A stretch of DNA of 63,121 bases, the filler included, from Choristocarpus tenellus KU-1152 (Eukaryota; Protista; Phaeophyceae), in NCBI GenBank assembly GCA_964200185.2. It is 12 parts of 12 records of this genome, joined end to end, with 100 filler letters (N's around TTAATTAATTAA, not from the genome) between each part and the next. Parts side by side here need not be neighbours in the genome. Positions count along the whole stretch, not along the records: positions 38,091 to 40,611 come from CAXNAD020027111.1; positions 40,712 to 43,211 come from CAXNAD020027307.1; positions 43,312 to 50,746 come from CAXNAD020006166.1; positions 50,847 to 59,016 come from CAXNAD020005053.1; 8 more parts are not named here. The stretch is one strand, 5' to 3'. Both the position numbers and the translations under genes were made by a program. Positions 39,337 through 52,073 of this stretch are shown one piece after another; position 1 is the stretch's first letter, and the number at the start of each line of letters is the position of its first letter. The notes beneath the pieces are model-generated. The model had not been told where the DNA came from, did no database searches, and saw nothing but the letters and a program-made list of their open reading frames with translations.

Positions 39337-40611
39337 AAAGGAGGGAGGGATAAGTTCCCAAAGAATCCATGAGGATAGGCTGGGCAGTATACCGTTCGCC
39401 CACAGTTGACCGCTTAGCATCCAAATTAAGCATGCAAACAATGTCGCACTAGTGGAAGAGTTAAGAGCCGGTGTGAGATATTGACCCTTGTGACCTGATG
39501 GATCACACCAAGTTTGTAGGGTATTTTTGTCGAGCAATGATTGATCATCCTGGGAAGTTTATCGCCCTTTCCCCCACATCGTCGTGTGGCAGAATCGCAC
39601 ATCCCTGACGTACTAATACCCCTGCCTTCGATTTTTATGCTTCAACATTATCGCCAATCTCAAACAGTATGAAAGGATTCGAGGTGGAGGGAAGGAGAGG
39701 TGCAGAGAATTGAGCAAGAGCTACGATGGGCTCGTATGTCTGCAGTAAGGCAAACTGTCTGGGTATCCATCTCCAGAGTTGGCGACGAAAAAACTCGTGC
39801 TGTTGCAGAAGCTACCGAAACGGAGGCAGCGTCAAAGTCCTCAATCGTCGATGCGATGGCCTTCAGCCAGCAGGCGCAGGGATGGGAGGAGGAGGAATGG
39901 CGAGATAGGAGAGAGGCGGAGGCTGTAAGGGCCAGAAGGGAGGCAGAAGAGGCCGAGGAACGTCAGGAGTTGAAAATGAAGAGGCAGGATGAGATTGCTC
40001 TCCCTCCCTTCTGGTCCTTACGGCCTCCCCCTCTCGCCTATTCCGGCGTTCCTCCTCCCATCCCTGCGCCTCCTGGCTGAACTCCTTGCTTATCGCAGCG
40101 ATGACTGACGACTTAGACACTGCCTCCGCTTCGGCAGCTTCCGCCATGGCACGAGCCTTTTCCGCGCCAACTCTGCAGATCGAGGCACAGACTGTTTGCC
40201 TTATTACCGATCTGCGAGCCCATCGCAGCTCTTTCTCAAGGCTCTGCAGCTCTCCTTCCCTCCACCTTGATGTTCCTTCAGACTGTTTCAGATTGGCGAA
40301 ACGTGTTGACGCAAGAAAATAGAAGGCAGGGGTGTTAGTATGTCAGGGATATGCGATTCGGCCATACTACGATGCGGGAAAAAGGGCGACAAACTTCCCG
40401 GGATAACCAATCATTGCTCGGCAAAATTACCACACAAACTTGGTGTGATCCATCACCTCGCAAGGGTCAATGTCTCACACTGGCTCGCACCTCTTCCAGT
40501 TGTAGGTCCATGTTTGCATGCTTAGTTTGGACGCTAAGTGGTCGACTGGGGGCGAATGGTATACTGCCCAGCCTATCGACATGGATTCGTTGGGAAGTTA
40601 TCCCTCCCTTC
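39337..40611. repeat. Fold-back: two diverged ~600-bp copies of an unknown coding-like repeat, tail to tail
   Basis: ~39337-39945 is the reverse complement of ~40003-40611. Both arms encode ELRWAR.S..RQTV..SI.RVG.EK.RA.AEA..AEA.SKSS..FSQ.AQGWEEE. Confidence 0.85.
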
Positions 40612-43137
40612 NNNNNNNNNNNNNNNNNNNNNNNNNNNNNNNNNNNNNNNNNNNNTTAATTAATTAANNNNNNNNNNNNNNNNNNNNNNNNNNNNNNNNN
40701 NNNNNNNNNNNAGTGTTTTTTATTTTGCATTTGAGTCTTTTTTTTTTTGTTCTCTGCGTCGCTCGTTGCAATTATGCCTCTTAAAAAAAAAAACTTTTTT
40801 GGTTTGAATCTTTTTTTTTTGTCTGTATTCTGTTTTATCTCGGCTGTCTTTTGTGTGTTGTGTGTTGTGTAAACTTCAAAGCGTATGTGTATGTGTATAT
40901 TGAGTTCTGATCTTGTCTACCTTTTATGTCCAGGACTGATTAGTCTTTTTTCGTGCTCTTTGTACGTTTTTTTTTTATTTAAGATGTCGTACAGCAAACC
41001 ATCAACAAGAGTAGGATTATACCCCCCCCCCCACAGTTGGTTTCTCAATATCCATAGGATTATACCAAGCAGGTAAATGCAGGTGTAAGATGTCTCTTTG
41101 AAAGCACCAATGTTTCTGTATTTATTGTTTTGATTACACAAAAATGAGTCGATGCAGTGGAGGTATCATACGGAGTTGTGCCCCCCTTGGCTTCTTCTGC
41201 ATCAATTGTAACAGGCTCTACTACTGGGCATTTTTCTTGACTAGTGCTCGTAGCCCTGTAGATAGGACAACAACCTGTAGCAAGTATTGATAGGAAAGAT
41301 TTTCTGCAGAGCTCGCCTTTGAAGGTTAACACCTACCTACAGGTATTTGTTCTGGAATTTTTTGCTTTTCATAACCACGTGTGTGTTTCTTTTTCTTTAA
41401 AAAAAGAAAAAGAAATGTGTGATATTAAAAAAAGAGGGACAAAAAAAAATGTTCTGTTGCTCCGCCCCCCTCTCCCTCCCCCTGTCAAAACTTCTGCTGT
41501 GTTTTGGCTTGGACCGTATTTTTGATGTATTCTCAGTACGGTAAAGCTGGGTGTTACAGCCTTTTTGTTGTTGTTGCTTGCTTGGTATCAAGAGGGTTCA
41601 ATGGTGTGCCTGTCGATTTGCTCTCTGTTCACTGTGGTCTATATTCCTAAACGACACGAAATTTTATTCCAAAATTTTCCTTTTTTTTTCGACAATGTTT
41701 GGCCCGTTCCTATCCCGTTCCAACCTCTCTTTTTTTTTTGTGAAATATTTGACGAATCGGAATTTTCCAGCGTGGAGTATTTTGTTTATCAGGAGAAGAG
41801 ACCTGATATTGCCCACTAGCAATAAATTCTCGCTCCTTTTTTTTACTCTCTGTTGTACTTGCATTGTGGCACCAGCAGACTTGCGGTCACTCCGTGAGGG
41901 GCCAATCCATCACTGCAAACTATCGCATTGTTTGACTCCAACCCTGAGATTCACATCTCCTTCTTCATGCCGTGTTCGCATTAGGTGGAACTTGTGCAAA
42001 CAGCGTGCTATGGCATCAGGGTGTACACCAACACCAGTTGGCTTGCCAATCACGTGGACACCCGGGCTACCCACGCCATTTCTGTTATCATCCAAGTGGA
42101 CCAGGCAAGAAATAAATAAGAAGTGCGCAATGTTCTGAGAAACGTTTTGGACGCTTTTAGTGCGCGATTTTTGTTGTTATTTTTTTAGCGATGATTGATT
42201 TTGATTCTGATTTTGATTCGATGTGTACCGCCGCGTGTGTATTATTATTCTTGTTTGTTTCCCAAGGGGTTGTTTGTCTCTCTTTGGCATGGTGCTTTCA
42301 ATTCCGTCCGATGACTAGGTTTTAAAGAGTAGTTTAATGTTAGATATTTGTGTTAGTGCTGCTCTTCTTTTCTTTAGTTTTTGTTATCCTCGAATGAATA
42401 CCCTTTGACTGTGTCACGGATTTGATGGCTTGAGACGGATGAAACTTAGTATTTTAGTAGGTGGAGGTTGTGTCTATATTGAGCTGATCTGAGTCGTCTA
42501 GTAGTGTGAAAACTCCTCTTTTTGTGTCTTTTTGTGTAGGTCCTACTCGAAGAGTTATCCATGGTAGTGAGACGCACAATGAAAGAGAGTTGGGATGTAG
42601 AGTAGTTCGTTGCAAACATCGGGGGAATCACAGCACCCCTTACTCCCATTGTTTCCAGGGTTGATTTGATTGCCCACGAGTCGTTATAGTTCAAGATATC
42701 TGACCTTTTTGTTCAGTACTTCCAATTTTGAATAGCGCTCTAACTCTTGCATGTACATATTCTGGAGTGCTCGCGCTCACGCTCACGCTCACACTGTTCA
42801 ATATAATGGCAATCCCGTATGTGTTTGGAATAGTTTTTTTTATCGAGCATCCTTTTTGTTGCAACAATAATATATAGTTCAGGGTTAAGGGTTATGGATG
42901 CAGAGGGGTGTGTATTGGCATCTACGAATGTATTCCTCGACCAAAGAAGTAGGCAAAGGAAAAAATAAAAACAGAAAGGACAGAGTACTGGCTCAGGACA
43001 GACAGCACGCACTCCAATCCGGACACCAGTGGGAAACACCAATATTCCATCAACAGTTGATGGTGCCCTAAGTGACTTGCTCGAGCAAGGTGGGATGGTG
43101 GGGGGGGTTCATTCAATTTATGAGCAGGTTTCCCCCC

Positions 43138-43179
<42 letters not shown>

Positions 43180-43311
43180 CCCCCCACCTTCCCACGCCTC
43201 TCCCATCACCCNNNNNNNNNNNNNNNNNNNNNNNNNNNNNNNNNNNNNNNNNNNNTTAATTAATTAANNNNNNNNNNNNNNNNNNNNNNNNNNNNNNNNN
43301 NNNNNNNNNNN

Positions 43312-43330
43312 CCCCCAGATACTTTGAGTC
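43312..43330 (+). mobile_element. MITE terminus at contig start
   Basis: CCCCCAGATACTTTGAGTC. Confidence 0.75.
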
Positions 43331-43906
43331 ATTACCTTTCCCCTAGGCTGCTGACATACTCCCCTTTCCCAGTTATCTTACCATCCTTCATCTCTCCTGT
43401 GTAACTGCTCCCATCTGCAAATGCCACCTTTTTTTCGAGGAAGCATTTGGTTAGGTTAGCATTGTGTGAAGGTGGGCACTGCAGGGAGACAAGGTTGTTG
43501 ATTGATTAGTCTCCGGAGCTATTACAAGAGCTGGATTTGTAGGGCCCGCCTTAGAATTAGGGTAAGGTAAGGGTCTGTCCAGGTTAGTCATAAGGGCACT
43601 ACTATTTTGGGTAATGGACCACAGCAACAGAGAGTGCCAACTACTCACACATCTGTATGCATACATTCACTGTAGAGCAAAGCGACATGTCACATTATAG
43701 GTAGGATCATGATACAAAATAACAAAGGTACTTACTACTACGAGCAGCAAAAACATCAATTAATTCCAACAGAAAGGATGTTAATACTATGAAATGGCAC
43801 AGTTTGAATAACTCGGTTTGTTCTAACACATTCAATTTGTGACAACATTATAGCAGACTCAAGGCCAAACAGGATCGAATCATTGGGTTGGAATAAGATA
43901 ACCACA

Positions 43907-44175
43907 GACCCAAAGCATTTAAGATGGTAGTAGTTTTGCCTTGTGTGTCCGTTCGGAGCTTGGCTTCCCATTGTTTTTTCATGCCCTTTTTCGGTTTTCT
44001 GTGTGAACAATGCGGATTTCGGAGTAGGTAGATGTTTAGGATTATGAAAGGTGTGTCCGGACCAAGGATATTGACACTCACTAGCAAACACAATAGCCAG
44101 AATTCATCAAAATTGCAACATTGGATTTATAGCTCTGATTGGACACTTCCGTACCCTTTTAAATGCTTTTGACGC
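43907..44175 (+). mobile_element. Complete MITE family C/D (269 bp) with 3-bp TSD ACA
   Basis: Termini GACCCAAAGCATTTAA..TTAAATGCTTTTGACGC flanked by ACA/ACA. Internal homology to 48596-48858 (GGTGTGTCCGGA.CAAGGATATTGACACT). Confidence 0.85.
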
Positions 44176-45613
44176 ACAGACACAATGTGTGCATCTATAT
44201 CTGCATCTTGATTTTGTCAATGGTAGATCAGGCAAAAGGACAATGGTGAGGACCAATCAATGAAGAGAGTGGGGAGGGTTGGGAGGGGATCTGTCAGGTA
44301 ATAACACTATTACCTCCATGGTACCACATGGGACCCCTGCAATGTAGGGATTGGACTTGTGCTCGACTTCTGGAAACCTGTTCAAGGCGGGAAGAGTAGG
44401 AAGAATCCTTTGATAACTGCAAGAATATGACCTATTCTTGATTTTCTTTCTGTAGAAAAATATAAATTTGATAAGTTTCAATTTTCTTTGATCAAATGAA
44501 CAACATGTGTTTCGCCTCCGTAATGATACATATATTTGTATGTTCCAGCAGTGCACAAATGTAAATTAGAAAAAGTGCTACAAAAATTACTGAGACAAAC
44601 ATGTGTAAAGTGCCGTGTCAGGCAGTACAAACAATATATTGCATGTCCTTGGCACATTACTACTTCCCCTCTAGGTGAGAAGATAGATGCAACTGACAAA
44701 GAAAGGTGAGGTGTCTGATAATTGTTCCAACTGTCCATGTCTTCGCTTCTAGCAACAACCACGTCTATCAAATGTTACAACCCTCAGAGTATGCATGTCA
44801 TAGGCATAGTTTGTAGAAGTAATGCTCACTCAGATATATCTTGGATGGAGCTTTTGGCATTAAGGTGCAGTGTGACTCTACTCAATGGAGTCTATGATAG
44901 TATACATATGAAGATAGATACCTAAGTCCCCATGTGCAACTGCTCACATTGTGGTGTCTACCTATAAATTTGACTCGGCCCTTTGATGCTCACACTGCTC
45001 ACGTTGAGTTATATCATTCTATCCAATTGACTCCATACTCTGTTACATGACTCATCCATGACAGAGCTCTACATGAAACCAAAACCGTATTGATCAGATC
45101 CATCCCAGGAATGCCAATTCTTTCCCCCCTGGTCCTATACTCCCTATCTTCCATTCCTTTCTCTTCCAGTGCATATTTCTCCTTGGTGTTCAGAGTGCTG
45201 GTCCCCTCAACACCAGTCCTAGCTAGATCCCAACCCTAACCCTGATTAATTTGCTGCTTTCCTTTGCCAAGTTTTAATACCAACCCTAGTGACTAATTTT
45301 GAGTTCTCAGGAGAAATGGCACAAATATCGACAATTGCACCACATTAGTGTTCTGACAACTGCATTTTCACCACATTAGTGTTGAAACCTTCAATACTCC
45401 CTCAACTCTCTCATGATCCACCTTTCCTGAGATTCAACAGAGCATAAGTGATAACAATTCTTCCCATTAACACCATTGTCTGTCACTTGTCTCCTTGCAA
45501 GCTTGTGATGTGATGAAGAATTTTCCCCGAATCTGAATCCACTCTGGCCTTACCCTGCATCAAACCTCAAACCCCAATGCTAAACATACCAACTCTGTTT
45601 CCGATTAACACAC

Positions 45614-47717
45614 CTGGTCTCGCTTGTAAACCTTCCCTGGATCAGATCGCCGCTACCGTATTGAAACACTCCTTTTCCCTTTCTCAGATCCCTCTCAAAC
45701 TCCCCATGGTATACTCCTGCTTCAGTGAACTCAATCCCGAAACCTTGTGATGATCCGGAGAGGAGGATGGGGTAACATTTCACTTTCTAATGAGAATAAT
45801 ACACCGGATAGGCCAAGCCGATGTAGAAAAGGAAACATAGAAACCGTCTGGAGAATAATGACACCTTTTGTTCCTGTCTTGACCTTAATATCAACAGAAA
45901 GAGGCCAATCTACGAAGATGGAAGGAAATGTAATGCAAGTGGTTATTTTGAGTGGAAATGTTTGAAGATTCATAACGAAAAGAGGCCAGTCAGCACATAA
46001 TTTGGCGGGTAACATGAAAAACGGGGAAGAATCTGGAAAACCAACTAAGAGGGCTGGAATTTGCTTTTCCTGTAACTGTGGGATTCCAGGACCTTGTTTC
46101 TTCAATCGTTATCATGCTAGGTCGACTTGGCATCCTTCTTTTGTACTTGCAAGCATAATAGCACAGCAGAAAATTTCTCATCAAATTTGGTGAGCATGTT
46201 TTGACACAAACTTGAAACATCTCTTTGAAAAGGCTTCCTCCGGCACACACCACTCTTGTAACCCTCTTGGAATTCCCCATGATAGAAGTTGAAGAAAGGC
46301 CCTGCAAATGTCACATTTCTTCTCTCCTCATCCCCATGGGAGGGGTGAGGAGAGGAAATTTCGGGCTGGTCGAGGGGTGGACTCCCAGTAGCATCTGCTT
46401 TGGTGACAGGCTGGTGCAGTAACATGAGCCAGGGGAGAGATAGAGGGGGTGCTACAACTTTAAGAGATGAGGTGCAAGAAAAGTTATCGGTATTGTCTCC
46501 ACGTGGGAACGGGGATGGGAAATAATTCCATCACGATGGACAATTGGGCTCAGGATACGAGGGTTTTCCTGGAATGAAACTCTCAGTGCTTTCCTGTGCC
46601 TCACACCATGCAACAAGCACCATTGTCTGCAACTCTGGCCAATACTTCTGTTGGATTTGAATTTCTCTTTTGAGTGGAGAGCACGGACAACCTAGCAATA
46701 ACTTGTTGGTATTACTATTTTCGCTTTGGATAGGGGATAACTATCTGTATAGTTATCTAATGTTGTGCACACAACATATACGCTGAGCCGTAGAGAGGGA
46801 GGGATCTATGCCCACCATTCTGCCTTCCCCCTGTAGGTTGCCCAGTTTTTTTTTTCTAGTTCCCTCCCCTTCCCCTCTCTAAGTGTTTCAAACAGGGATG
46901 TAAATTGAGTTCCACCCTTCGACAGGCCACTGTATCTCCCAAGAAATCAAAGCACATTGCCAACTACATACGGTGGGTTTGGCTGGTCAGTATGGTGGTA
47001 TCAAATGTATAGGTGAACCCTAACCAACATTTCTTTGATAGTTCCTTCCAGGGCCACACTCCCTGCTGACCAAACTGCAACGCCATCTACTACATTCCTG
47101 GTTTGAGCATGGTGTCGAGAAAGCAATTGAGCTTTATGCAAGCAAATAATTGTGTGGGTATACATTTCATAAGGCGATAACATTTGAACCTTTTCTTTTG
47201 CACACTTGGGAAAATTCCACTGTGCTACACTAGTTTGTGTAGGTCGGAGGATATGCTCCTCAACCCAAAACTGTGAGGATCCCTCCCTACTGTTGGCATC
47301 ATCACATCCATGGGCATACTGGTTTGAATGGGATTTCAGTACCATGGCACTGTTATCTACACCTAAGGTACAGTGTAGGTGATCCCCGGGTGACCCTTCC
47401 AGATGTGATTGTTACTCAGAGGCTCCTCGGTCTGTCGGAGACAATAGAGTCTTGAGCTGCAACAAAATGCCCATCAATTGAAGTTTATTGTGTCAGAAAG
47501 AGTGGAGAAAAACATTACATACTTCCTTATCTCCCAGGGTAGCACTGACGCGACCAAGGGGAGTAGTAGACCATGATGCAAGAGCTGGTGTTACATTGTT
47601 CTTGTTGGAAAATGCACTACTTGCATGTGAGGGGAGTGAGGGTGGCACTCTGGATAGCTTAACTGCAGAGACACTCGTCCAAGCACTGGTAAAGCAGGTA
47701 CCAAGTCCATGATGCTG
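45614..47717 (-). CDS. MORN-repeat protein exons (partial, possibly degenerate)
   Basis: GFGIEFTEAGVYHGEFERDLRKGKGVFQYGSGDLIQGRF (~45614-45750), FYHGEFQEGYKSG (~46250-46300) and HHGLG (~47700) are MORN-type motifs. Other candidate exons at 48-50 kb contain stops. Confidence 0.6.
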
Positions 47718-48575
47718 CAGGTTGTTGTCACCCGACCAGTTTACTCTAACGGTGTGTTTATATTGAGTATGGGTACACTACTCGAGAGAATTGACAATCA
47801 AAGGTACTCCGTAGATGCCATTTGACAACAAGAGTGTTTGTTGCTGTGTTTGCTATTACTCCTGTACCTTCTACACCATACTACAATCTACGGTTTATGA
47901 CAATAATTCACTAAACAATGCTGAAATTTGAGGTGTCCTGTGATGTTGAACCGGCTGATCATGGGAGATTGCAACCCCAGCATTGCTCTTTTGAGACGAG
48001 TTATTTAGATAGGATGACAAGTCCCCCCTCCACCTTGCAAACAACATGAGTGCACCATCTCCACAAGCTCAAATCACGAAACCTTGAAAGTGACCACATC
48101 AGGTTTAGGTTGATTGATTGTGTATGGTACCCAACACTCAACTCATGGGGACATAATCAAACTACACCCTAAGTCGGCACCGGGAATAAAAGTGCAAATC
48201 TAGTCCTAACCATAACCCTAACCCTATGCTAACCTAGGGTTCTACGATACACTACTTTGACCACTTTCCACACCATTCTTAGGTTTGATGTGATTGTCTC
48301 CAGCTTTGGTACCGAACTCTGTTTTTTTCTTGCCATCTAACGATATCTGGAGCCATCTACCAATGCAGAGATTGGTGCTTCATCTGTACTGGCTGCAATA
48401 CGCCGTCTGAATCAAGCTTTGGACCTTCAAGACATTCCTCGGTCACAGAAAGGTGTGTTTTCAGTCAGTCTCGCTGGGGTGCTCAGAACAAACTCAAGAA
48501 AAGTCAGGAGGCACCGATTTCTTGGGCAGGATTGCCTGTCACGGATGAAGAGTAGCCGGTGGAGGAAAAGACGTG

Positions 48576-48933
48576 TCCTAATCCCTACCCCTAACGAGTG
48601 AAAGTATCTTAGGGTTAGGGTACGAGTTTTGCCCTGTTTGTCCATTTGGGGCTTGGCATCCCATGGGGTTTTTAATGACATTTTTCTACTACAAAGTGTT
48701 TTGGAGTAGGTAAAATGTATACGTTATGAGAAGGTGTGTCCGGAACAAGGATATTGACACTTCCTATCAAATAAGATAGACAAAATTACGTCAAAATCGC
48801 AACATTGGTTTTTGGTCCCCAAATGGACGCGGCCCTACCCTCTAAGATATTTTGACTCTAACCCTAACCCCTACCGCTACCCCTCACCCTAACCCTAGCC
48901 CCCTACTGCTACCCCTAACCCTAACTCTAACCC
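48576..48933. repeat. Degenerate interstitial telomere-like (CCCTAA)n array interrupted by a MITE
   Basis: CCCTAA/CCCTAC variants on both sides of 48596-48858. Shorter arrays at ~2549, ~48205 and ~61472. Confidence 0.75.
48596..48858 (+). mobile_element. Complete MITE family C (263 bp)
   Basis: Termini GAGTGAAAGTATCTTAGGGTTAGGG..CCCTACCCTCTAAGATATTTTGACTC. TSD is ambiguous (TAAC/TAAC inside the repeat array). Confidence 0.82.
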
Positions 48934-50846
48934 ATACCATCGACTATGATGAGTCTCTTTTCTTGCTGTATGGAGGTGAGGGACCTTACTGGTCCATACC
49001 GGACTGTTGGGGTAGGGTCTAGTTAGCTAGTAGGTGACTGAAGGATGCAGGAGGGCTCCACAGTAGTCAACGCGGTACTCCTTTCTTAGCAGGCACTTGG
49101 ATATTCGGGAGGGTAGTGGGGAACCTCACAGAGTTAAAAATGCGGCGATCCCATTGGGTCAATGCACAATCTAGATCATTGTTCCCATTGGCGTAAAGCT
49201 TCTGTGCGAACAGTAACCTCAGTCAAAATAACTACATTGTACGCACCAGCCCCTTTTTTTTTACATCATAGTTTGAAGCAAGAAAACCCTGTTCTTGGTA
49301 AATGGACTAATGCGGCGCTAGCACACGACTTACACCACACATACTCAGGATAATTGAGCACGTTTTTAGCTAATTGATGCAAGTGGTTTTGGTTTGCTTT
49401 TGTTCTAGTTCACCTGGGTCCCATCTTTAACCTTTTCCATAATCCCCTATCTTTGGAGGGACCCAAGCGTATTTCTATACGCGGTATATTTATATGGCAT
49501 TCCCCCACCTTGTGAGGCGTGTTTTCGCCCTCTTTGGAAACCCCAATCCATGTAGAATCTTTGGAGGGGTGAAGAGCCATCATCTCATCAACCCTTGATA
49601 CCTTGGTCCTCCCTTTTGATTTCACTCTGGCCTCCTGTTTACCGAAAAAAGAAGAAAAGAGAGTTACCATCGAGCGAATGGATGATTCGAACCAAGGCCG
49701 CCATCACACATAACGTTAAAGATCTTTTTGTAGGAAGGAAGTAACACAGTAAAGATATTTCTTATCACTGAAATATTTATCTTCAAATATTTAAATATGA
49801 ATGATGACCGTATGAGATAAGAGATGGTAAAGAAGTGAGGAAAACGGAGGAAGAAAAAATAAATATATCACAAGGGAAAAAAAAATATTATTCTTGCAAG
49901 TTAGACAAAAAACAAACAACCTTCAGCTTCAGTTAGTCTGGAGAGACCTGAGGGCAAGCAAGGCTAGAGGAAGGACACTGCAGGAGATTCGGAACACTGC
50001 AGGAGATTCAGCGACACGGAGTTAGAGGAGCGAGAAACTATTGGAAGCTGCTTGTCGCATTTTCTAGTACAATAACTTGTTGAGGTGGATCGAGGGGAGG
50101 GGGGGGGAGGAGGAGACTTACAGGGAGGTTTTCAGCAACGGAAAAGGAAAACTAGTGTGAATTGACCTGTGTGTGAAAGGTAAAGGAAATCGAATATACC
50201 CAATGACACTCGTTCATTGTCGTAAGTATGGGAATGGGATCCTCAATATGACGAACAGCATCAAGTATATGTTCTGAGATTGTCAAGATTACCCTTGTCG
50301 ATAGAGGGTGGAGTCCAAGCAAGCATGGGGAGACACTTGCAGACTGGGGTTGTCACAATACCACACCTACAAATGGACCAAAAAGAGGCCAGGCATTGCA
50401 TAACCACGAGAAGAAGGATTTTGGAGGGGAATGGCAAGCGAGAGGGGTGCTCACAAAACTAAAAAAAAAATTATACCAGAAAAAATATTTTCGACCAGAA
50501 AAACAGATGAATATGGCTTTGGGATATTTTCTTGACGATACCACCTAGTGAAGGTTTACATATATATTTTTTGGTGGCGACAAAAACACTCTACTTCGAA
50601 AAACCTCTCTGAGTTCGTCCAAACCAGATTTTGATGAATAGGCTGGCGAGAGTCGATTGGTTGGTTGATGATAACGATAGGAGGGGGTAAGAACTTGCAG
50701 GGTAACCAAAGCCGTCCACTCTGACCAATGACAGCAATGAAATTTGNNNNNNNNNNNNNNNNNNNNNNNNNNNNNNNNNNNNNNNNNNNNTTAATTAATT
50801 AANNNNNNNNNNNNNNNNNNNNNNNNNNNNNNNNNNNNNNNNNNNN

Positions 50847-50957
50847 AAAGGAGAGATTCGTGTTGTTTTTGTTGCTACTGCAAATCAGAGGGCAGATGTA
50901 TTGACCAAGAATTTGCCAGTTTGAGTTTTTTAGACAACATGTGAAGTTTTTGATGAA
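50847..50957 (+). mobile_element. Copia RNase H C-terminus (second copy of the 55-58 kb family)
   Basis: KGEIRVVFVATANQRADVLTKNLP, nearly identical to the reverse complement of 55121-55231. Confidence 0.9.
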
Positions 50958-51034
50958 GCCACCACCACCCCAGGTACTTTGAGCCAGGGTCAAAGACGGA
51001 CGCCGGCACCCCTCCTCCCCAGATACTTTGACCC
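50958..51034 (+). mobile_element. MITE B right end (50958-50985) plus a 48-bp mini-MITE A (50987-51034)
   Basis: GCCACCACCACCCCAGGTACTTTGAGCC, then A, then GGGTCAAAG..CAGATACTTTGACCC. Confidence 0.75.
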
Positions 51035-51446
51035 TCAACGTGTTGCTATTGATTTGGTAGAGTACAAAACACGTTCCCCAGCAGCAAATGCTGTGATGTG
51101 CTCGTATGTGTTGTCTGCCATTGATCTCCTTACTCGTTTTGTTGTGCTGAGCCCTGTTCCAAATAAAGGGGCCGTAACAATTGCTCGTACGCTGGTAGAA
51201 CGTCTATTTTCAATTTTTGGTCCACCTGAGTTGGTACTCTCTGATCAAGGTATCGAATTTGAAAACAGTATCATAGCAGAGTTGCAGTCTGTCTTTGGTT
51301 ACAAGAAAACTAAAACCACACCATATCACCCCCAAGGAAATTCTGTGTTAGAGAGAGTACATGCTACGTTGCATTCTATGCTAGTGATGTATATCTCTGT
51401 TGCTGAGGACAACTGGGCATCTTTATTGCCTTTCGTACAATTAGCC
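51035..51446 (+). mobile_element. Ty3/Gypsy integrase catalytic core (inverted fragment)
   Basis: QRVAIDLV..YVLSAIDLLTRF..FGPPELVLSDQGIEF..TTPYHPQGNSVLER is a D,D(35)E rve core. Confidence 0.92.
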
Positions 51447-51723
51447 TGTTAAGAAGCTTGGCGCATGTAAGGCTCATCGCCGGAAGCTAGTAGTTGAATT
51501 ACATGGTAAAGCACACACTGAATTATTTATTGTCCGCAGGGTATTGTCCACTTGATGCTATTGTCCCACTATACCATTTGTAATGTCCCATTGACCCATC
51601 ATAATGTACTGTGTACGTCACTACCTTGTATTGTACTAAACAAAAGATCAACGTACACACAAGTTATGTTGTTTACTTGGATCAGCACAGATAACGTAAG
51701 GATAACACTAGGTTATTCAACAT
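51447..51723 (-). repeat. Complete Copia LTR (~277 bp) with PPT
   Basis: TGTTAA..TTCAACA termini with an adjacent PPT (CAAGGGGAGGA on minus). Homologous to 54868-55038 and 58384-58944. Confidence 0.88.
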
Positions 51724-51803
51724 CCTCCCCTTGCTGAAAACAAGTATTAACTCTCAAACAATCATTAAAAAAAAACACGCACACACACATGTTGTCTCAC
51801 ATG

Positions 51804-52073
51804 TTTTCCATTTGGAGGTAAATCTTCCATGTCGCGATTGTTGGGTGATTTGGTTCCATACGTTGGATGGATAATGAAAGTGAACGTTTCCTGGTGTTGG
51901 TCCAAATGGACACTTTGGTGAAGACCCCCCCCCCCCCCCCCCCACCCTTGGTGGGAGCGGGGGTTTTATAGGCGGCCTGGCGGGTGGGGAGGGGGNNNNN
52001 NNNNNCCTTCCTTGCGGTTGTGCCAAATGGGCACTTTGGGGAACCCCCCCCCCCCCCCCAGATACTTTGGGTC
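51804..52073 (-). mobile_element. MITE family B body and left end (spans a 10-N gap; end partly duplicated)
   Basis: Reverse complement of family B internal sequence, ending CAGATACTTTGGGTC. Confidence 0.8.

Noticed and set aside
42922-43263. Poly-Gly and poly-Pro ORFs
   Set aside because: Translations of a C homopolymer at a contig end.
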